A DNA stretch of 35,512 nt from Octopus bimaculoides (Eukaryota), in contig NC_068997.1 of assembly GCF_001194135.2 (NCBI RefSeq), positions 27,110,218 to 27,145,729 of the forward strand. The letters run 5' to 3'. Shown here one piece after another: positions 11,402 to 35,512 of the stretch (the first letter of the stretch is position 1; the number at the start of each line of letters is the position of its first letter). The notes under the pieces are model-generated. The model made no database searches, had not been told where the DNA came from, and saw only the letters and a list, made by a program, of their open reading frames with translations. A program made the translations under genes and the position numbers.

Positions 11402-14400
11402 TCACCACATGCTACACTGATATCTTGCATTATCACACAGACATCTTTCTATCTCATATATCTATATCACATATCGAGAGCTCTCCAAGTTAAATAAATA
11501 TCTTTTCACTTATTTTGTCAGTATACCAACAATACATGGTTATGATATCAGTGATAAATACAATTCTCACTTACCCACCAATTTCTGCTGGGATTTTGTG
11601 AAGTTCATTCTTGTTTAGGTTCAGCACAGTTAAGGATTTTAGTCCTCCTGGAAGCAAACACTTGTTGAAATAGAATGTATCTATCATCAAAGTGTGTGTG
11701 TGTGTGTGTGTGTATTGATGTTTGTTTTTTTGTTCATTTTAAACAAAAACAATTTTACAATAATCTGAAGAGCTACTCCATACTTTTGTTGAGTTCAAAT
11801 TTAATATTCTTAACAAGAATAGTATTGGCAGTGACTTTGAAGTTACTGCTTGCCCTCATTAGATTGTGATGCATGAAGTTAATCTTGGCTTTATATAGTC
11901 TCTGTTGAGGTGCAGTTGAATGGCAATTAGGATGTAGAGTGGGTTATAATGGAGACTTGTTGTGAAGAAACTTTTATTGATTAAATTTAGGGTTATGTTA
12001 TTGTTTTATAATTTATTCATGCATGTAGAACTTTGAAAAGCAGGTGTGTATATTTAGGTATGTCAGCTTCAGGTTGTAGGATTGTGTTTTTAGTGGTTCA
12101 CAAAAATGAAGTAGGTAGGTAGAGGAAGATTTTGGCCAGCAGTATTTATTTTTGATTTTATTGGATTTAATCTTTTGCTATGGTAATGTAAAGGTCAAAG
12201 TTCAAAGTTTAGTCCAGCATTTACAAACTTAATTATTGAATATTTCAGCTTTCTTGTAATGGAATCTTTAAGGATTCATAAAAGAATGTAAGTAGGTGGT
12301 ATGTTTTAGTTGGTCAGAAAGATTCTTTACTTGTTTTTTTTTATGTTATTTGGGGTGTTGTGGGAATATTCAGCAGTCAGATCACTACACCAGATGTTAT
12401 GACTTTCAAGAAAAATACCTACATAATAAAAAATTCTAACCAATCACAACTTCATCTAGAAGTGGATCCAACAACAATTCCATCCTTTTGTGCCTTTCTC
12501 TTGGAGCCTATCCAGCACATCGTGACTATTTGACAGCGAGTATTGACAGACAGCAGAGATGAGATGGCAAACAGATTTGGACAGCTGTTGACCCAAGGTG
12601 ACTGCAGCTAAATAATGATGAATAATGATGACAGCAACACCAGCACCAACTTACCACACTTTGACTGCTGTTACAATCACACCAAGAACAATAACATTCA
12701 AACTCTCTCAATGTTTTGTCCTTCATAGTAATGACAGCATTCTTTTTGTGTATGAAAAGAATAAATATTTTGTTTATCATAAAACTCAACAGACAGTGTT
12801 CTTTGTAACTTTATTTCACATTGCTTCAGTTCACTCAGCTGTAGGGATGAGTTGTGACATCACTGGTGCCAAGCTGTATCAGCCTTTCCTTTTCCCCTGG
12901 ATAACAGCAGTGGCATGGAGAAGAGAGACTGGTATACATATATGACTGCTTGTCTTCTATAAATAACCTTGCCTGGACTTGTGCCTTAGAGGGGAACTTT
13001 CTAGGTGCAATCCCATGGTCATTCATGACCAAAGGGGAGGGGGGTATTTACCTTTAACCTTTGAACAACATTCCAACTTGGTTCCTAATTCCTTGCCAGT
13101 TTTTCTCTCCTAATCTTTATTCTCATTCGCTTTCCATATTTAATTTTTTTTATATGAAAGACTAGTGTCCAAAATGTTAATACTCTTTCCTTTCCTCTTA
13201 AGTGTTAAACTAATATGACATTTGATAAACTTATCTCTCACACAATGTCTTCTTTCCTTTTGTATTTATTGCTTTCATAATCACACACGCATGCACACAC
13301 ACACACACACACACGATAATACTCCAATCATACCTAAATATTCTGGGATACTTACCGAATATTCCTGGAGGTAAACTTTTGATTTTATTTCTGTATGCTA
13401 GTAGCTTTTTAAGGTTCAGAAGATGTTGAATTTGGACTGGAAGAATCTGGAACTCATTGCCAGCAATATCTAGTAATTGTAGCTGTAGGATAGCACAAAA
13501 ATAAGCAAAAACAAAAAAGAGACAAATTATAATCAAAATTTTGGAGTCTGGTTTAAATATTTATTATTATTATTGTTTAATAATACATTGTTTAATTATT
13601 ATTATACAGCCTAGTTCTCACCCACCATGTGTGAACACACACACACACACTTCATCATCATATATGTAGTTTTATTATTTATATATATATATTAATTGTA
13701 AATGAGTCTCATCATCATGCAAGTGTTGTCCTATGTTTCCAATCTTCCATGAAACTATGTCTGATCATGGTGAAAATATTACCTTACTTGGAAACAGATG
13801 AGGGTTGGTAACATGAAGGGCATCTAGCCATAAAAATACCATCTGACCTATCCAAGCATGGAAAAGTGGATATTCAAATGATGACACTATGTATATGTAG
13901 TTTTGTTAAAACCNNNNNNNNNNNNNNNNNNNNNNNNNNNNNNNNNNNNNNNNNNNNNNNNNNNNNNNNNNNNNNNNNNNNNNNNNNNNNNNNNNNNNNN
14001 NNNNNNNNNNNNNNNNNNNNNNNNNNNNNNNNNNNNNNNNNNNNNNNNNNNNNNNNNNNNNNNNNNNNNNNNNNNNNNNNNNNNNNNNNNNNNNNNNNNN
14101 NNNNNNNNNNNNNNNNNNNNNNNNNNNNNNNNNNNNNNNNNNNNNNNNNNCAAGGTGTTCAGAGTCATCACTCGTAATGGCAATGTTATGCCTCCATTCA
14201 TCTTCCCACATGGCCTCATACTCAACATGGAGACCTACATCAAGTGCCTGGAAGAGGTAGTGCTGCCCTGGGTCAAGAGAGTGGCTGCTGGAAGACCCTA
14301 TGTTTGGCAACAGGACTCTGCACCATGCTACACAAGCAAGAGAACCCAGTCATGGCTGTCAGACAATTTCTGCAACCACATCACCCCTAACATCTGGCCA

Positions 14401-15559
14401 CCTAACTCCCCAGACTGCAACCCCCTTAATGATTATGTGTGGGATGCAGTTGAGCAAGAGACCAACAAAACTCTTTGTAACACCAAAAATGAACTGAAGG
14501 CAAGGATTATGGCAACATTCACCAACTTAAACAAGGAAGAGTTGCAGGAGATTCTGAAGTCATCTGGAGACTGTATTTGAAGCCAATGGTGATTTATTGA
14601 ATAAATTTATTGTTTAGTATTTCAAGATATTTTCATGTAATTTTGGTAAATATCTGTTAAAATGAGATGTCAGTGTTATTTTCCTTTTTGCATAATTTAG
14701 ATGCCAATTTATTCATCACACCCTGTATATTGCAGCAGTAATTCCCAGTTATGAAGAGAAGTTGATACAGAAGTTTCCATGTCTGTTTCTATGATTACAT
14801 CTCACTTTTTAAAAATGGGAGGACATTTCTCATTCTTAATCATCATCATCATCACCATCACCACCACCATCATCATCATTTAACATCCATTTTACATGCT
14901 GGAATGTGTCGGACAGTTTGATAGGAGCTGGCCAGCTGAGGAACTGTCCAGACTCCAGTTGTCTGTTGTAGCATGGTGTCTATGGCTGGATGCCTTTCCT
15001 AATGCCAACTACTTTACAGAGTGTGTTGGGTGCTTTTTATGTGCCACTAGCACAGGTATGTTTACATAGTACCAGCATGAGTGCATTTTATGTGTTACCA
15101 GCATCTGTAAAGGACAAACCTGTATGAATGAAAATGTGAATGATCATGGCTGGAGCACCTTTCATCTTATTCCTGCTCAATGTGGGATAATCTGGTATTG
15201 AACAACAAAAACGACACTCATTTCTATTTCCGTGGCAGAAAAAACAGATTTTTGGAGAAATAAACATCATACAATGTGGACGACAATGTGATGTAATGCC
15301 TTAATTAGTGGAGATGGTTTAATGACTAAAGGAATGATAAAAATTCACTTAAATGTTTTGATTTCTTTTTTTTTTTTCTCACTTGTTTTATGTTTCCGAA
15401 ATCGTCTGGAAGTTCATTCAGCTCATTGTTTGTCAGTATAACTTTCTCTAGTTTAGGTAGCTGACATATCATGTCTGGACACTTTCTCAAATGTTTTTGT
15501 GACAAATCGAGTGTTTTACTACGGCTATTTAAGATACGTCCAATTATTGGAGTTACCAT
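4631..15559 (-). CDS. LRRC69: Leucine-rich repeat protein, LRRC69-like; complete 9-exon CDS (1074 nt, 357 aa)
   Basis: Nine GT-AG exons (177,127,73,196,72,102,41,139,147 nt) join in phase with no stop. Tandem LxxLxLxxNxL repeats are followed by 'FHYECNPL', '[14 protein letters not shown]', 'CVIC' and '[13 protein letters not shown]', which match my recollection of human LRRC69 (FYCEGNPL, SLQEITSRFVMNQL, CAIC, VPLQVLICSYKCF). Confidence 0.85.
5228..5462 (+). mobile_element. tRNA-derived SINE family B, full length with (ATT)n tail
   Basis: B-box-like gagttcaaattc; gcctttcatcc..gataaattaagtaccag; ttgtgcctataatagaaagg(att)n. Confidence 0.75.
5630..5768 (-). CDS. LRRC69: LRRC69-like exon 8 ([46 protein letters not shown])
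   Basis: Strong acceptor ttgtttcttctcttgctAG, donor GTACAT, 139 nt, CxxC; not in ORF track. Confidence 0.85.
5893..6050 (+). mobile_element. SINE family A, 5' half
   Basis: B-box-like ggttctgggttcagtacc, ccttgggcaa, gagtggatt..gaaactgaaggaag. Confidence 0.75.
6105..6300 (+). mobile_element. Possible degenerate Helitron-like 5' segment
   Basis: (TA)n, then gtctgtctgtt, then 'aaaccagcaaaccaatgttcacaaaactttgcacac', same layout as the 2723 element; no 3' CTAG found. Confidence 0.35.
7145..7185 (-). CDS. LRRC69: LRRC69-like exon 7, 41 nt ([14 protein letters not shown])
   Basis: Acceptor atctttcttgcAG, donor GTAAGT; phase 0 to 2 is exactly what bridges exons 6 and 8; contains RFVMN. Confidence 0.85.
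7217..7373. repeat. Minisatellite, about 31 bp x 5
   Basis: Units like acatttctaaagatatattgacgtttatcag. Confidence 0.8.
8079..8185 (-). mobile_element. SINE family A fragment
   Basis: aaggctttggt..ggctataatag..cccaaag..actgaa..aaccatgtggttggg. Confidence 0.6.
8445..8546 (-). CDS. LRRC69: LRRC69-like exon 6 ([34 protein letters not shown])
   Basis: Acceptor ttttgcAG, donor GTACGT, 102 nt, LRR cap 'NPL'; not in ORF track. Confidence 0.87.
8627..8900. mobile_element. Two family D copies in inverted orientation (8627-8725 minus, 8735-8900 plus)
   Basis: ttaatatccacttttcc vs ggaaaagtggacattaa; both carry the gtagattttc/gaaaatctgc segment. Confidence 0.65.
9146..9367 (+). mobile_element. Mariner-derived MITE
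   Basis: TIR cores GTTGAAAAGTTCCTG / CAGGAACTTTTCAGC (14/15), terminal TA; internal remnant of transposase C-terminus ([17 protein letters not shown]). Confidence 0.7.
9577..9648 (-). CDS. LRRC69: LRRC69-like exon 5 ([24 protein letters not shown])
   Basis: Acceptor tttccAG, donor GTAACA, 72 nt, LRR. Confidence 0.9.
9713..9920. repeat. Compound (GT)n/(TA)n microsatellite; similar tracts at 1-40, 6071-6112, 24213-24346, 25176-25229, 26691-26745, 27380-27453, 28941-28985
   Basis: Direct inspection. Confidence 0.95.
10140..10390 (+). mobile_element. Family C retroposon fragments
   Basis: cccatgccagcatggaaaatggatgttaaatgatga tail at 10340-10390; opposite-orientation piece at about 10140-10215. 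Confidence 0.65.
10419..10614 (-). CDS. LRRC69: LRRC69-like exon 4 ([14 protein letters not shown]...HLQELPG)
   Basis: Acceptor ttacAG, donor GTAACT, 196 nt, three LRRs. Confidence 0.92.
10790..10960. repeat. Degenerate low-complexity tandem array (catatctctgtatatca-like)
   Basis: Motif recurs several times with variation. Confidence 0.5.
11070..11306 (-). mobile_element. tRNA-derived CORE-like SINE (different family)
   Basis: Minus strand: tggtcaagtgg (A-box-like), ggtttcgattcc (B-box), tgtgcccttgagcaaaac (CORE-like). Confidence 0.65.
11575..11647 (-). CDS. LRRC69: LRRC69-like exon 3 ([24 protein letters not shown])
   Basis: Acceptor ttgcttccAG, donor GTAAGT, 73 nt, phase 1 to 2, one canonical LRR; not in ORF track. 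Confidence 0.92.
12810..13035 (+). mobile_element. CORE-like SINE 3' portion
   Basis: atttcacattgcttcagttcactcagctgt shared with the 11070 element, followed by a different tail. Confidence 0.5.
13356..13482 (-). CDS. LRRC69: LRRC69-like exon 2 ([11 protein letters not shown]...SLPPGIF)
   Basis: Acceptor tcctacAG, donor GTAAGT, 127 nt, LRRs. Confidence 0.92.
13705..13885 (+). mobile_element. Family D retroposon
   Basis: aaatattaccttacttggaaacagatgagggttgg..caagcatggaaaagtggata..atgatga. Confidence 0.65.
14151..14727 (+). mobile_element. Tc1/mariner (maT, DD37D-type) transposase 3' fragment with right end, antisense in LRRC69 intron 1
   Basis: WQQDSAPC...[11 protein letters not shown]; 37 residues between 2nd Asp and 3rd catalytic position (here Asn); C-terminal frameshift; ends CACACCCTG-TA. 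Confidence 0.85.
14860..15115 (-). mobile_element. Family C retroposon
   Basis: (cat)n ttaacatccatttt..catgctgg..ggctggatgcctttcctaatgccaac. Confidence 0.75.
15383..15559 (-). CDS. LRRC69: LRRC69-like exon 1 ([10 protein letters not shown]...DDFGNIKQ)
   Basis: ATG at 15559 (AAAATGG), LRR motifs, donor GTGAG, phase 0. Confidence 0.88.
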
Positions 15560-16265
15560 TTTGACGCTTTTGTGTCTCCGTGGCAATGGTGTGAGGTTTG
15601 AGAAACCAATTGTTTTCGTATTTATTAAGTAGCGTGAAAGAGAAAAAAGTAAGAAACCAATAGGAAAGAAATATAAATTTGGATCAAGATTATTTATTTT
15701 TTATTACATTTAATCATTGCTAAATTTGATTTAAAAATTTAAAGTGTTTTCAATAACGAAAGTAAAAAGACGAAAGTAATACTAGCTTTATTAGCGGTGT
15801 TTATAACTTCTGAAACAGAAAAAAAAAAAAACAACATGGCGCAATGTCGTTATTTGGAGTGTTTTTATTTCCCCATTTAGACAGAAAACGCTTCAGAAAA
15901 CTGACAGTAGAGGTTTGAAAATTATATTTATTTGTACTTACATTTTCGCTGCTCAAAATGACTTGATATTCACCGTCTGATATAACCGTGTAAATCAATT
16001 TTTGTATACAATTTGTATACAAACATCGTGGAACGCCGCTTATTAGGAACTGAGAACTCCCGGCAATCCCGAATTTGCTATTCAGATATTGTGTATTCAC
16101 TCCATTAAAGTTGCTAATGTCCTTGGGAAAAGTGTGAACGTCACAACGTTCCTTTTTACCAATCTGTTTTAGAAATTATTAGACAAAAAGAGTAATTTTT
16201 AAAAACTAGTATACTTAACGAACCATCGACTGATCAAGTTCTCGATTCGCATCTATCTTCTGAAG
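15560..16265. promoter_or_regulatory. Putative bidirectional promoter shared by LRRC69-like and DHX38
   Basis: Divergent ATGs 706 bp apart; local CpG retention; YY1-type AACATGGCG at 15833-15841; CCAAT at 15606, 15657 and 16159; no recognisable interspersed repeats. Confidence 0.75.
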
Positions 16266-34472
<18,207 letters not shown>

Positions 34473-34823
34473 GTGAGGCTTGTTTGCATTGTTAGTTAGG
34501 TCAAAGTGTGTAACGACTTGGCTTCTTTTACTTCAGTCCACACTACCTCACTCCTTCTCCTTCTCTTCTCCCTTCTCTGTTTCTCTTTTGCCTCTGCCTC
34601 TCCTCCCTTTCTCCTGCCTCCTCTCTTCCTCTCACACTTCCTCTCTTTGTCCCAACTCCTTTATGAGATTGTTAACATAAGACCCATTTATTAACTAGTG
34701 AGTGCTCCTGACCTCATGCAGTAGCTCGATATGCTAGAGATAGTAGGAAAATCTCCTTCAGATGACACTGCTTCTGTCTTCCAGTAAGAAGGTTAAGTTG
34801 GAAAATGTAATCCTTGCTATGCT

Positions 34824-35070
34824 ATCATTATTGCCATTTTAACATCTACTTTTCCATGTTTACATAGATTGGATGGAATTCACTGAGGCAGATTTTCTAA
34901 AGCCTGATATCATTCCTGTTGCCAACCCTCACCTATTTCCAAGCAAGTTAAGAATTCCTTATGGCCTGACAGTTATGAAGAATATTGGAAAGGAATGACA
35001 CTGCTTGTATGACAATAACACTTATTTACGACTGTCATATTATATTAGAACAAAGAGACACAATCACAAA
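34824..35070 (-). mobile_element. Family D retroposon, near complete
   Basis: aacatctactttt..gaggcagattttct..gccaaccctcacctatttccaagcaag. Confidence 0.75.
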
Positions 35071-35116
35071 GAGACAAAAATCACATACATAAATATATAT
35101 TGTATATACATATATA

Positions 35117-35512
35117 TCTTCTATATATATAAAAATGAGAATGTGTGTCTGTTTGTCTGTCTGTGTGTGTGAATCCCTAAAACTCGAGAACTACGCAACC
35201 AATTTCATTCAAATTTTACAGGTGCCTTACTTAGGGTTCCAGTTGTGTTTTAGTCAAAAAAATTTTTAACTTCTTGCAGAGTTCGAGCCCACGGCAACAT
35301 AATATCTCCTCCACTATTTAAGTATTATGTGTCAAAAGTGAAACAAAAACACTCATGTCAAATACTTTCACTTTAAAAATGAAACTATTCCACTAACTGA
35401 AACAATCACATTTCGATACTGTAATGACAGATACTTTCAGAGAGAGAGAAAGAGAGAGAGAGAGAGATGTATATGTATATATATAGATGTATATGTACAC
35501 GTATATGTATAG
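35117..35512 (+). mobile_element. Second copy (5' part) of the same Helitron, in DHX38 intron 14
   Basis: 6 differences in about 250 nt vs the 2786-3037 segment; runs into (GA)n at window end. Confidence 0.85.

Noticed and set aside
15560-15586. N-terminal extension MPRRHKSVK in the ORF track
   Set aside because: Starts at TTG; the first ATG (15559) has good context and fits the expected protein start.

Overview
AT-rich, microsatellite- and SINE-dense metazoan DNA with six N-gaps. The repeat families resemble those of Octopus (inferred from repeat content, not verified). Two spliced genes lie head-to-head with 706 bp between their ATGs, across a CpG-retaining promoter. On the minus strand is a complete 9-exon leucine-rich-repeat gene (4631-15559, 357 aa by my reconstruction) best matching LRRC69; several of its exons are absent from the ORF track, including a 41-nt one. 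On the plus strand are the first 14 coding exons of the spliceosomal DEAH helicase PRP16/DHX38 (16266-34472), which continues past the window. Introns and flanks hold tRNA-derived SINEs, GAT-tailed retroposons, decayed mariner (DD34D) and maT (DD37D) transposases, TA- and TTAA-flanked MITEs and two near-identical Helitron copies. The most unusual signal is fold-back structure in the DHX38 pre-mRNA: a 51-bp hairpin with two A-C mismatches nested inside an inverted pair of young retroposons in intron 4, and an inverted pair of mariner ends in intron 10. These are candidate ADAR substrates, but this is a hypothesis; nothing here proves a new system.
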